A DNA stretch of 64,000 bases from an uncultured Actinomycetota bacterium (GTDB taxonomy: Bacteria; Actinomycetota; UBA4738; HRBIN12): the NCBI GenBank assembly GCA_963733635.1, contig CAVTEH010000004.1:259836-323835 (forward strand), given 5' to 3'. Position numbers and translations under genes: made by a program. The notes beneath the pieces are model-generated. The model worked only from the letters and a program-made list of their open reading frames with translations, did no database searches and was not told the DNA's origin. Positions 1 through 9,726 of this stretch are shown here, in pieces (positions within the stretch are counted from its first letter, which is position 1; each line of letters begins with the position of its first letter).

Positions 1-499
1 CCCGCCTCCGAGACTCTCGAAGCGTCCCGAAGCTTCGAGACCTTCTACGACGCTGAGAGTCGGACGCTGTTCCGTCATCTGTGGCTCGTCACCGGGAACC
101 GCGCGGAGGCGGAGGAGATCATGCAGGACGCGTTCCTCAAGGTCTGGGAACGGTGGGAGAAGGTCGGCGCGATGGACGACCCCGTTGGATACCTCTACCG
201 CACGGCCATGAACCTGTTCCGGAAGCGCTATCGGCGGGCTGCGCTGGCGATCCGCCGATCCATCGGGCTCGCGCCCTCGCGGGACGAGTTCGCAGATGCC
301 GACGATCGCGAAGCCGTACGGCGGGTGCTCTCGACGCTTACCGCCGCGTCAGCGCGCTGCGCTCGTGCTGACAGAGATGCTCGGGTACAGCCCCAACGAG
401 GCCGGGCGCGCGCTCGGGGTGCAGGCCTCCACGGTCCGATCCCTCTCGCACCAGGGTCGTGAGTCGTTCCGTGGAGCGATGGAGATCGACGATGCCTAG
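1..499 (+). CDS. ECF (sigma-70 family) RNA polymerase sigma factor, 5'-partial at window edge, apparent frameshift near 335-345
   Basis: Frame 1 is open from nt 1 and gives region 2 (...FRHLWLVTGNRAEAEEIMQDAFLKVWERW...YLYRTAMNLFRKRYR). The region 4 HTH (LPPRQRAALVLTEMLGYSPNEAGRALGVQASTVRSLSHQGR) lies in frame 2 (ORF 296-499). Confidence 0.8.
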
Positions 500-1650
500 G
501 GTTGCAGAACTGCTCGATCGCGAGAGCCAGACCGTCGACCTGGAGCACGGTGACTTCGAACGACTCCTCCGCCGGCGCGAGCGCAAGCAGCGGAATCGCC
601 GGCTCCGCGCTGGCGCTGTCGCCCTCGTCGTGACGCTGTCGACCGTGGCGATCTTCCTGCGCTCGTTCGCGGCGGGCCCCATCCCGGCAGATGAGCCAGT
701 CCCACCCGCGCCGATGGCCTTGGGCGCCCTCGCATACCCTGTCGACGGCGACATCTACGTGGGCGACTGGGACGGTGCGAACCCGGTCCGGATCGCGAAC
801 GGCCGTCCCGGCGGCGGCCGACGGCTGCGGCTCGTTCGGCTATTGGGCGGAGGGGCCGATGTGGTCCCCGACGGACGGTATCTCGCCTATCGAGGTGAAG
901 TCTGTGATGCGATCCCGACCGTCTGGATCAGTGATTCCGAAGGCAATATCGTCACGTCGTTCCGTGGCGAGGGCTGGCTGATCTCATGGTCGCCCGACTC
1001 CACACGCGTTGCGGTTTGGGTCCGCTGGGGCAAGACGATCGGCGTCTACGGGCTCGACGGCGTGCGCCAGACGCTACTCACGTTGCCGCCGGGATTGATG
1101 GGGGCGGGCGACTACGACCCGGTGTGGTCACCGGACGGCGCCTCGCTCCTGGTCCCCCACGGCGTCGAGGTGCCCCTCGACGGTCGCACACCACACCAGC
1201 TCCCTGCGGACGACCCGCGAACAGGCGTCATATCGCCTGACGGTTCTCGCGTCGCCTTCGACAACCGCGACGGGTCGCTCATCGTTGCCGCGGCCGATGG
1301 GTCCGGAGCCCGCGAGTTGATCCAAGCCTGGGTGGACAGCATCGTGTGGTCACCGACTGGTGATCGGATCGCCTTTTCCTATCGGACGTTCAATGGGGAG
1401 TACGCGACCGAGCTCCGCGTGATCGATCTGGCGAGTGGAGTGGTGACGCCGTTGGCCGGAATGGGGGGGACGGACTCAACCTGGGCACTCGAGTTCTCGC
1501 CCGATGGAGACAAGATCCTGTTCTCGAGAGCGGATCGGTCTGCTCGAGGAGACCTCGCTCTGGACCGTCAACGCCGACGGCTCCGACCTCCGTCGTCTCG
1601 TCCCTGGGACCTTCGTGGGCGATTGGCAAGCGATCCGTCCGACGCGCTGA
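492..1650 (+). CDS. membrane-anchored anti-sigma-like protein with TolB/WD40-like beta-propeller repeats (frameshifted as assembled)
   Basis: ATG 492 overlaps the sigma stop (ATGCCTAG). One TM segment (AGAVALVVTLSTVAIFL) and recurring WSPDG/SPDG motifs. The typical C-terminus LWTVNADGSDLRRLVPGTFVGDWQAIRPTR* appears only after a frame change near 1540. A compensating frame pair near 808/872 restores GPMWSPDGRYLAY. Confidence 0.6.
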
Positions 1651-1849
1651 GACGCTCGGGCGATGACTCCGCTCACGAGTCTGCCGACACAGCATCCTTC
1701 CACAAGATGTTCGACGAGGGACCTGCGTAGGCACATCGACCATGGAGATGCGAACGCCGAAGCGATGCTGGGCGCCAAGACCATCGGCGAGAAGTGCGCC
1801 TACTTGGAGACCTACGGGCTCGATGGACGGACCTTCGAGGAAGTTCAAG

Positions 1850-2760
1850 CACGCCGTTGGCGGAAGCCTGAACTCAAGCTGGTCTCTTGGCGGGGGCACC
1901 CTAGTAGCCGAGAGGGAAACTCAACCTGGTCAAAGGTGGTTCAAACCGACTGGTGCGATGGTGGCATCCCTCCCGAAGACGGGACGCCCTCGGTTCTCCA
2001 AAGCCGAGGGCGTTTCCCGTTCGTATGTGTCGTCAACGACGGGAACGTGGCATGAGGCCGAAAGACGTGGAGAAGGTGAGGAATGCGCTCCCGCGGCGGA
2101 ACGAGCGGGGCACTCGCGGCGTTCGACCGGATCCTTACGGAACTGGAACGGGTCGCGCTTGGACAACTACTGGGCGGGCCGTTGCAGCTGGCCAGGTCTG
2201 CATGGGCCATGCGGGGCGCAAGTCGAATCCCGCACATGCTCCAACGGCCATACCGTGGCTGCTCCTCCAACAACGCACCTGCCCGGAAACCCACCGGAGG
2301 TCTTGAGCGGGTCCTGAGCCGTCCTCAGGAGCAGCTGGCATCTCGCTCTCCCCCTACTGCGGGAGGGCTCACCGCAGCTTCATTGCTTTCATACTCCGAA
2401 CGAGCTATATGGCCCGGGACTTCGCCCTGTACTCCTTGATCAGTTGACGACGCTCGCAGGTGGCACAACCCCCAAATTCCATCGTCTTGCTTCCGCACCT
2501 GCGTTTGACGCGCGATGGCGCTGCTCAGTGATGTCGGACAGCGTGCCTGACTGTGTCGGCGAGCTCGACCCCGCCGACAACGTCCATCTGCCGCAGCTCC
2601 ATCGGGCTCCCTCGCTCCCAGCGCTTGAACCGCCGGTCCCTGCGGCGTCTGCCTGCAGATCGGTTGGCCACCTCGACGATCGCCACGCCATCGCGGATCA
2701 CCGCGAGCACTGGCTGATACCTCTGCTCCACGACGTTCAGCTCCACCAATGCTCGGGAGT
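1850..2760 (-). pseudogene. decayed IS481-family transposase remnant
   Basis: Minus-strand fragments spread over several frames. N-terminal HTH-like NVVEQRYQPVLAVIRDGVAIVEVA joins directly to RRRRDRRFKRWERGSPMELRQMDVVGG (start of the rve core), implying an internal deletion. A TNGK..RLWRT-like motif sits near 2013-2024. There is no intact ORF. Confidence 0.45.
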
Positions 2761-2863
2761 GTGTAACGGATCAGGCGGAGCCGGCGTCACCGGTCAGGTG
2801 AAGCCGTGTCACCCGTCAGCCGGAGCCGATCTGTCACGCATCAGACGGAACCAAACATTGTGA

Positions 2864-2911
2864 GTGGTGGGCCCCCGGGGACTTGAACCCCGAACCTGCG
2901 GATTAAGAGTC
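2864..2911. repeat. 48-bp direct repeat identical to the 3' part of tRNA-Lys (att-like, distal copy)
   Basis: gtggtgggcccccggggacttgaaccccgaacctgcggattaagagtc is identical to 14518-14565. Only the T-arm, acceptor 3' strand and anticodon part are present, with no 5' half. Confidence 0.9.
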
Positions 2912-2949
2912 AGCCCAACTCTACTGCTCGAGAGCAGCGCGAGCGTAGG

Positions 2950-3306
2950 TTGAGGAATCTTCCCGACCTTCGCATGGCGTTGCTGAACGCGGTCCCGGCA
3001 AACGGTTCGCCTTCCATCAAGGGTGATGTTGCCCTGGTCTTCTCCGAGCTGGCGAACAACGTCGTCCGCCACTCTGGCGTAGGACCGGATGAGCAGCTCC
3101 ACGTCCGCATGTACGGGCTCCTCGATTCGCTCCGCATCGAGGTAGAAGATCCAGGGACTGGGTTCGATCTGCCCGCCCTGCTTCCGCTCCAGGACGATGG
3201 GCGTTGGGGCCTGAGGCTCGTAGAAGCGATGGCTAGCGACTGGGGCATGAGGCCCGGGGTTCGTCCACCCACCGTCATGTGGTGTGAACTCCCGGTACCG
3301 CCATGA
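2950..3306 (+). CDS. HATPase_c anti-sigma regulatory kinase-like protein (RsbW/SpoIIAB-like)
   Basis: SELANNVVRHSG...LRIEVEDPGTGFD...GRWGLRLVEAMASDWG matches the N-box and G-box layout of RsbW-like kinases. TTG start; the frame is open back to 2887, inside the att repeat. The long antisense ORF 2809-3462 is rejected. Confidence 0.6.
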   Translation: MRNLPDLRMALLNAVPANGSPSIKGDVALVFSELANNVVRHSGVGPDEQLHVRMYGLLDSLRIEVEDPGTGFDLPALLPLQDDGRWGLRLVEAMASDWGMRPGVRPPTVMWCELPVPP

Positions 3307-3364
3307 CTCAGGTTCGCCTATTGCGCTAACATCGGGCCTGTCAACACGCAAGCGGGTGGCGAGC

Positions 3365-3571
3365 ATGGCAGCGACGGAACCGGTAGTCGAAGTGACAGAA
3401 GCGGCGCACTCATCTTCCGCCGATGCAGTGGACGCGATCGAGAAGGCTTCTAGTCTGAACAACGACCCTCAGGTGGCCGAAGCGCTCGATGAGGCCGCGC
3501 TGAAGGCCAACACCACCGTTGGCAGACTCGGGTGGCTCCGCAGTCGCTTGCGAGCGCTCTTCTCCCGCTGA
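3365..3571 (+). CDS. hypothetical small protein
   Basis: ATG-initiated part of ORF 3284-3571 (MAATEPVVEVTEAAH...). No recognisable motif. Confidence 0.25.
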   Translation: MAATEPVVEVTEAAHSSSADAVDAIEKASSLNNDPQVAEALDEAALKANTTVGRLGWLRSRLRALFSR

Positions 3572-3662
3572 CGCCGAGTCCAGCCGAAGACTTGCCAGGC
3601 CGCGATCGCGCGCGAAACCTCTTTTCGCCTGCTCCCTTGTAACGGCCACCCCGCCCTATAGC

Positions 3663-3872
3663 TCAATCGCCAGCTTTCGGAAGGACAAGGCGGATTGACT
3701 CTGCCACCTGGAGCCGCACTGTTTCGTCGATCTCCAAGTCGGTGAGCAACTCGGCGAGCCAGATCGTTCCAGCAAGGACGTAGAGCTGTCCGATCAGGGT
3801 GGCGCGGTCGCTTTCCGGTCTCGTGAGGACCTCGCAGTTCCCGGATGCACCGGGACCGCGGATGGCGACCAT
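3663..3872 (-). CDS. hypothetical small protein
   Basis: 69-aa ORF with no recognisable motif. Confidence 0.2.
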   Translation of the reverse strand: MVAIRGPGASGNCEVLTRPESDRATLIGQLYVLAGTIWLAELLTDLEIDETVRLQVAESIRLVLPKAGD

Positions 3873-3909
3873 GCGCTCGCCGAGATGGATCAGAGTGTCA
3901 TCTCATCGG

Positions 3910-5092
3910 TCAACGTTCGAGGACGACCTGGCGAACGTCGACCCGTCCCGATCGGAACCCAGCCTCGCAGTAGGAAAGGTAGTACCGCCACATCCGCCGG
4001 AACGACCGATCGAACCCCAGCGCTTCGATGCGGCTCGAATTTGAGTCGAGATTCTCCCTCCACGCGCGGAGCGTCGTCGCGTATGAGCTGCCGTAAGTGC
4101 GCTCTTCGACCCATCCAAGCCCGTGAGCTCCGGCGAGTTGCTGCAGGATCGCCCGTGCTGGGACCTGCCCACCGGGGAAGACGTACCGACGAACGAAATC
4201 GGGGTTGGCGTCTGATGCGCGCCAGTGCCGGTCCGCGACGGTGATCGCCTGCAGACCGATCCGCGCCTCCCGGACGTGTCAGCTCTGTCAAACGGCGGAA
4301 GTACGGAGCCCACACCCGCCGAGGGATCGATTCGATCATCTCGATCGAGACGACCCGATCGAACCGACCTCGCACATCCCGGAAGTCTTCGAGTCTGGCC
4401 TCGATCCTGTCCGCGAGACCACGATCCGCCACTAGCTTGTCGACCCGGTCGAACTGTTCCCTCGAAACCGTGAGGGCCGTCACATGACACCCGAGCTGTT
4501 CGGCGGCATAGATGGCGAAACCACCCCATCCGCATCCGATCTCGAGGACCGAGTCCCCCGATCCGATCCCGGTCATCTCGGCCAAGCGTCGATACTTCTC
4601 GATCTGCGCCTGTTCGAGCGTCATCTCCTCGTTGACGAACACCCCCGAGGAGTACGTCATCGTCGGGTCGAGCCAGAGGCTAAAGAACTCGTTGTCCAAG
4701 TCGTAGTGGTGGACGATGTCCTCGATCGGACCGCGCGGAGCCGAGTGGTTCCCCAGCCGTCGCCAGATCGCGCGGAGTACTCGATCGACGATCTCCGGTC
4801 GTTTGGCTCCTGTCAGTTCAACGTTCAACGCCCCGAGCTCGATCAGCGTGGTGAGATCAGGGGTGTCGAAATCACCCTCGATGTAGCCGTCCGCCAACCC
4901 GATCGCACCGACCGTCGCGATCCGCCGGAGCAGCCTCGTGTCATGCAGCCGAACCTCGGCCGAAGGTCCGGGGAGCATGCCGTCGAACCGGTGTCGGGCA
5001 CCGTCCGGCAAGGTGACCGCGAGCTGCCCGATCCGAATCCGGCTCGCGATGACTTCCAAGAGGGCTCGGTCCAACATGTCCCTGTAGGTCAT
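3910..5092 (-). CDS. cfa: cyclopropane-fatty-acyl-phospholipid synthase family methyltransferase (one frameshift near 4265)
   Basis: HYDLDNEFFSLWLDPTMTYSSG, the SAM motif VLEIGCGWGG, and after the frame change IGLQAITVADRHW...RRMWRYYLSYCEAGFRSGRVDVRQVVLER*. The start ATG overlaps the upstream stop (ATGA). Confidence 0.85.
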
Positions 5093-5902
5093 CGGCTCGA
5101 CCGTTCCTCCGTCACTGATCGATCCGCGACGATCGAGACGGGGTTGGCAGGTGGCGCTCCGCGTCGCCGATACGGTGCCCCCTTGTACCGGAGCTTGATC
5201 GCCTCCCAGTGGATTCCGCCGATCACCTTGAGCGTCAGGAGCGGAGTGCCGAAGAACGCCCGAGCGAGGGATGCGGTGGTGAGCGGTGATCGCCTGGTGA
5301 TCAGTGCCGCATCGAGCACGCGCCTCGAGGCCACCACCTCGCGGACCGTCATCGTCGCTCGCTCTGCAGGGATCACGGTGGCGAAGGCGTACCTGGCCGC
5401 CATGTCGATGAAGGGCGAGACGAAGAGCTCCTTGTCGAACGAGCTGCGGACCGTCTGGCCGGGCCATGCCGGTTCCTCGAGCGGCACGAGGTAGGCGTGA
5501 TGCTCACCGAACGTGTTCGAGACCTCGTACAACAACGCTCGTACGCTCCCATCGACATGGTGGCAGAACCACACCGAGATCGGGTTGAACACATACCCCA
5601 GGATCCGAGGCATACACAGGATCCGGATCGCTCCACCCTCCAGTTCGATGTCGGCACGATCCAGCAAGCGTTCGATCCAGGGTCGCAGGGGCGACCCGTC
5701 CCTGGGCCCGTGATCGCGCACGTGGAAGCTGACCGCTCCCGGCCCGTCGTCCGTGAAGCCTCCGACATTCCGGTCTAGCTCGCGAAGCTCATCGAGATCG
5801 ATCAGGAGGAACCACACGCGATAGGAGAGTCGGTGCCGGACCGGAGTCATGCCGCTTGTGCGTGATCGTTCCCTGATAGATCGCGGAAGAGAGGTCCATC
5901 AT
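5089..5902 (-). CDS. DUF1365 family protein (frameshift near 5840)
   Basis: MMDLSSAIYQGTITHKR then, in another frame, TPVRHRLSYRVWFLLIDLDEL...ILGYVFNPISVWFC. Start and stop overlap the neighbouring genes. Confidence 0.75.
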
Positions 5903-7197
5903 GCCCCTGCGATTATCGTTGCTTCGGGGAGCTCCGGCTCCTCGCCTCGGCTCCACCAGGGGGGAGGCGAACCGAGGGACGCCGCGACGTCGAGCCCGGA
6001 CCGCAGTGCATCCTCGTGAAAGCCGTTCCCGTGGTAGCTGCCGGAGAACCATGTCCGGCTCACGCCCTGAAGCGATGGGATCAACGAGCGAGCGGCCACC
6101 GCGCGAACATCGAACTGCGGGTGGTGGAACGTCGTCTCGTTCACGACATCCTGGGGAGCCCGCCACGGATCCAGCGTCACGATCACCGGACGGCGCGTGC
6201 GCAAGTTCTGGAGGCGGTTCATCCAGTAGGAGACGGATGGCGCCGCGCCGCCATGCGGATCGCCGTCCGCAACGTAATTCCAGCTCGACCAGACCCGCCG
6301 TCGCCTCGGCATGAAGGAAGGATCTCGGTGCAGCACCACTCGGTTCTCCCGGTAGCGGAAGGCGGACAACACGTCACGCTCCGAAGCGGATGCGCCACCG
6401 CCCAAGATCGCCAGCGCTGTGTCGGCGTGCGTGGCCAAGATCACGTGATCGAAATCCTCCGAGCATCCCCGGGCGTCCGTCACGACGACGCGATCGGGGA
6501 ACCGTTCGATCGATGCCACCCGCGTTCTGAGGCGGGCCAGGTGCTCGAACGGGGCCGAGACCCGAGCGACGTACGCGCGGCTGCCTCCTGTCACGGTTCG
6601 CCACGCCGGCCGTCCCAGCACGTCCAGGAGCCCATGATTGTCCAAGAAGCTGATCAGCGACTGAGCCGGATGCTCCAGCATCGACTCGAGATCCGAAGAC
6701 CAGATGCACGCCACCATCGGCAGCAGGAAATCGCGACGGAACGACTCCGAGTACCCTCCTCGGATCAGGAACTCTCGCGTGGTCTGCGTGTCCGGGACGG
6801 CCGCATGTGGAGCCTGCCGAGCGAATCGGAGGATGTCCAGCACCATCCGGCGGTACCCGATGTCGACCAGGTTGGTCGGTTGAGCCAGCAGCCCCATGGC
6901 GCGAGCCTGATACTCGAAGCGTCCGCCACCGACCGAGACCGAGAACGACATGTCGCTCGGTTCCGTGCGGATCCCTAGCACTTGGAACAGGCGGTCGAGG
7001 TTGGGGTAGTTCGGCCGATTGAACACGATGAACCCCATGTCCACGGCGATGGAGCGCCCTTCATCATCGACGTCCTCGGTGCACGCGTGACCACCGAGCC
7101 GGGCCTCCGCTTCGTAGACGACGACACGGTGCCGATCGGACAGCGACCACGCGGCACCCAGCCCAGCGATGCCGCCGCCGATCACCGCCACGTTCAT
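5899..7197 (-). CDS. NAD/FAD-binding amine-oxidase-family oxidoreductase
   Basis: Intact 432-aa ORF. N-terminal dinucleotide fold MNVAVIGGGIAGLGAAWSL...VVVYEA. This is the conserved partner of the cfa/DUF1365 operon. Confidence 0.85.
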   Translation of the reverse strand: MNVAVIGGGIAGLGAAWSLSDRHRVVVYEAEARLGGHACTEDVDDEGRSIAVDMGFIVFNRPNYPNLDRLFQVLGIRTEPSDMSFSVSVGGGRFEYQARAMGLLAQPTNLVDIGYRRMVLDILRFARQAPHAAVPDTQTTREFLIRGGYSESFRRDFLLPMVACIWSSDLESMLEHPAQSLISFLDNHGLLDVLGRPAWRTVTGGSRAYVARVSAPFEHLARLRTRVASIERFPDRVVVTDARGCSEDFDHVILATHADTALAILGGGASASERDVLSAFRYRENRVVLHRDPSFMPRRRRVWSSWNYVADGDPHGGAAPSVSYWMNRLQNLRTRRPVIVTLDPWRAPQDVVNETTFHHPQFDVRAVAARSLIPSLQGVSRTWFSGSYHGNGFHEDALRSGLDVAASLGSPPPWWSRGEEPELPEATIIAGA

Positions 7198-8210
7198 CGA
7201 TGACTCCGACCCTCATCGAGCGAGTGATCGCTCGGGGTCACTGACAACCAGGGCCTGGTCCAGTCGAAGCACAGCTTCCACAGCCGCCCGGCCTCGTCGG
7301 CCGAGACCCGAGTGCCAGGAAGTCGGTCGAATGGCCTGGATCTTCGGTCGAGCCACAATCGGCCGGTCGAGAGGGCGACTTCCGGGGCGGCCGCTAGCCA
7401 GATCGTGGTGTCCGCGCCTTGATCCGGGCTGCGAAGGAGCGGGGACATGACCCTACGGAATCGCGGGAGGGCGGCGTCGATGCCAGGCGTGTCGGCCCAT
7501 CCCGGGTGCATCGCGTGGGATACCACCGACGTGTTGTGCAGCCGCTTCGCCCAGATCCGCGTGAAGACCGCCTGGGCCCGTTTCGCACGCGCGTACTGCG
7601 CCGATCCTCGGTACGGCTCGTGCTCCATCTGGAGGTCATCAATGCGCAGCGCTTGGGTGTACATGCCCCCGGACACCACCGTGATCAGCCGCGCATCATT
7701 GCTCGCTGTGAGGAGCGGGATGAGCCCCTCGGTCAGAACGAATGGGCCGAGGACCATGCTCGCGAAAGTCGACTCGAAGCCGTCCACCGTTCCGGTCCGC
7801 TCACCAACGATGCCGCCCGCGTTGTGGATCAGGACATCCAAGGAAGGCTCGGCCCGTCGGATCTGGGCAACGACTCGTTGCACGGCGGTCAGGTCGCTCA
7901 GGTCGGAGAGATAGACCGCCACGTCCTCGTTGGGACTGCACCGCAGAATCTGTGCGAGCGCCGTCTCGGCCCTGCCGCGGTCTCGCGCCACGATGAGCAC
8001 GCGGGCTCCCATCGCGGCGAGGGCGGCGGCGGTCGCGAACCCGAGTCCGGATGTCGCTCCCGTCACTGCCACGACCCGGCCCTGCATCGGTAGGTCGCGG
8101 ACCGGTGTCCACTCGAAGAGTCGGCGTCGCAGTTCGCAGCCCACGCGCGTGAAGCTGGGGACGACCAGCGCTTCGGCAACGTCGTCGAGGGCGATTCTGA
8201 AATCGATCAT
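7194..8210 (-). CDS. SDR family oxidoreductase
   Basis: Intact 338-aa ORF with VVAVTGATSGLG (TGxxxGxG), NAG and YxxxK (YARAK). Confidence 0.85.
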   Translation of the reverse strand: MIDFRIALDDVAEALVVPSFTRVGCELRRRLFEWTPVRDLPMQGRVVAVTGATSGLGFATAAALAAMGARVLIVARDRGRAETALAQILRCSPNEDVAVYLSDLSDLTAVQRVVAQIRRAEPSLDVLIHNAGGIVGERTGTVDGFESTFASMVLGPFVLTEGLIPLLTASNDARLITVVSGGMYTQALRIDDLQMEHEPYRGSAQYARAKRAQAVFTRIWAKRLHNTSVVSHAMHPGWADTPGIDAALPRFRRVMSPLLRSPDQGADTTIWLAAAPEVALSTGRLWLDRRSRPFDRLPGTRVSADEAGRLWKLCFDWTRPWLSVTPSDHSLDEGRSHR

Positions 8211-8224
8211 CGGGTCTCACGAAC

Positions 8225-8236
8225 TCCATATATGGA
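8225..8236. promoter_or_regulatory. perfect 12-bp AT-rich palindrome TCCATATATGGA in a divergent promoter region; candidate operator
   Basis: Lies between the SDR start (8210, minus) and the SRPBCC-litR unit (8334, plus). A sigma70-like GTGAAC-16-TAGAAT (8254-8281) follows. Nearby direct repeats are TGAACCTA x2 (8255, 8289) and ACTCGAATCG x2 (8301, 8313). Confidence 0.35.
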
Positions 8237-8333
8237 TGCAGAGGATTTCGAACGTGAACCTACTCGCGCTCGCCCTAGAATCCGGGCATGAACCTATGCA
8301 ACTCGAATCGGGACTCGAATCGAAAGGACGCCG

Positions 8334-8798
8334 ATGACGGTGCTGCATGAAACGATCGAGGTCGACCTCTCGCCCTCGGAAGCGTTCGAGGCGGTCGCCG
8401 ATTTCGCGAACGCCGATGTGTGGGATCCGGGAGTGGTGCGGTCCGAACTGGTGCGACCGGGCGACCCGCCCCCAACCGGATCGGGGGCGGAGTACAGGCT
8501 CACGGTGTCGTTCCGGGGCCGAGATTCCGAGATGTCCTACCGCACGGTGAGGTACGACCCGCCAGGGCGGATCGTGCTCGTGGGCGAAGGCCAGCACATC
8601 ATGGCGACCGACACGATTCGGTTCGAAGCGCTAGAGGGACCGCGCACTCGGATCGTCTACACGGCGGAGCTCCGCCTCAAGGGGTTGGCACGCGTCGTCG
8701 AGCCTCTCCTCGGCAGGGCGTTCGTCGCGATGGGCGACCGAGCGATCGATGGGATGCGAGCATGGCTGGAGGCGATGGCTCGTGACCCGCGCGGGTGA
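8334..8798 (+). CDS. SRPBCC (START/polyketide-cyclase-like) family protein
   Basis: Intact 154-aa ORF with a layout typical of this fold (MTVLHETIEVDLSPSEAFEAVADF...). RBS aaagga upstream. Confidence 0.7.
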   Translation: MTVLHETIEVDLSPSEAFEAVADFANADVWDPGVVRSELVRPGDPPPTGSGAEYRLTVSFRGRDSEMSYRTVRYDPPGRIVLVGEGQHIMATDTIRFEALEGPRTRIVYTAELRLKGLARVVEPLLGRAFVAMGDRAIDGMRAWLEAMARDPRG

Positions 8799-9726
8799 AG
8801 CAGACGCCCGGTCGATCCGGGACGCTGCGACTCGACCCGCGAACCAACTCGCGATCGCAGCCGTGTCCGACATGCTCGACATCCCCATCCCAACCATCCG
8901 GTCCTGGGAACGGCGATACGGATTCCCGGCTCCAGCTCGCACGCGAGGGCGGCACCGTCGCTACTCCATACAGGACGTCGAACAGCTTCGAACACTCCGG
9001 GACACCATCACGTTGGGGTACGCAGCCGGGGAGGCCGTGGTGATCGTGCGGGCAGGTCCCGTCCACGTGCCGGCGCGCCGTCCCGCCATCGACGCCCTGC
9101 TGAAGTCGGCCATGGATTTGGACCCCACTACCGCCAGATCCGTACTTCACGAGGCCACGACGACCCTCGGCGTCGAACCCACCATCGTCGAGGTGGCACT
9201 CCCGGCCCTGCAAGAAGTCGGGTCGCGGTGGAAGGTGGGTGCGTGCGACGCAGCCAACGAGCATGTGATGACGGACACGGTGAGGGCATGGTTCGCGAGG
9301 TTGGCGACCCTCGCACCGCCTCCGACGCGCCAGCACCCCATCGTCTTGTCATGCGGTCCCAAGGAACTGCACAGCGCTGGGCTCGAAGCGTTCGGAGTCA
9401 TCATTGCCCGACGGGGCTGGCCCACCCTCACGCTCGGGGCCCTCACACCGGTGCAGGCGTTGCGGGGGACCGTGGTCAAGTCCGCTGCGGCCGCGGCCGT
9501 CGTGGTCGCGCAACGCGGGGTCAACCGGCGTAGCACGATAGAGTCGCTGGAGGCGATCCACGGTTTTCTCGGCCGGTCGACGTTCTACGCGGGTGGCGCG
9601 TTCGCCACCCCGACATCTCGCCGGGACGTTCCCGGCACGTACCTCGGCACTGATCTGGTGGAAGCCGCTTCGATTGTCGAAGCGGTGACCCATCAATCGG
9701 GCAGATCGACGATCGGCGCGGGATAG
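8749..9726 (+). CDS. litR: MerR-family, cobalamin-binding light-responsive regulator (LitR/CarH type)
   Basis: MerR HTH LAIAAVSDMLDIPIPTIRSWERRYGF. B12-binding module with W-x9-EH (RWKVGACDAANEH) and E-x-H-x-x-G (ELHSAG). Start is uncertain (ATG 8749 or GTG 8782). Confidence 0.75.
   Translation: MGCEHGWRRWLVTRAGEADARSIRDAATRPANQLAIAAVSDMLDIPIPTIRSWERRYGFPAPARTRGRHRRYSIQDVEQLRTLRDTITLGYAAGEAVVIVRAGPVHVPARRPAIDALLKSAMDLDPTTARSVLHEATTTLGVEPTIVEVALPALQEVGSRWKVGACDAANEHVMTDTVRAWFARLATLAPPPTRQHPIVLSCGPKELHSAGLEAFGVIIARRGWPTLTLGALTPVQALRGTVVKSAAAAAVVVAQRGVNRRSTIESLEAIHGFLGRSTFYAGGAFATPTSRRDVPGTYLGTDLVEAASIVEAVTHQSGRSTIGAG

Noticed and set aside
1-1650. The ECF sigma/anti-sigma pair as the light-responsive partner (LitS-like or sigmaE-ChrR-like) of the LitR cluster
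   Set aside because: The pair lies outside the att-bounded island. The anti-sigma is a TM/beta-propeller protein rather than ChrR-like, and I could not identify a convincing shared ECF promoter motif upstream of phr or the cfa operon.
1900-2440. Possible large structured ncRNA (group II intron fragment, tmRNA-like T-arm gtcgaatcccgc at about 2220, strong hairpin 1979-2019, GNRA-like gaaa loops) in an ORF-poor stretch
   Set aside because: No GUGYG/domain V signature, no tmRNA 5' end or tag reading frame, and no RNase P conserved blocks. The minus strand instead shows scattered IS481-transposase motifs (KRWERG.PMEL.QMDVVGG, TNGK..R.WRT), so a decayed transposase explains the region better.
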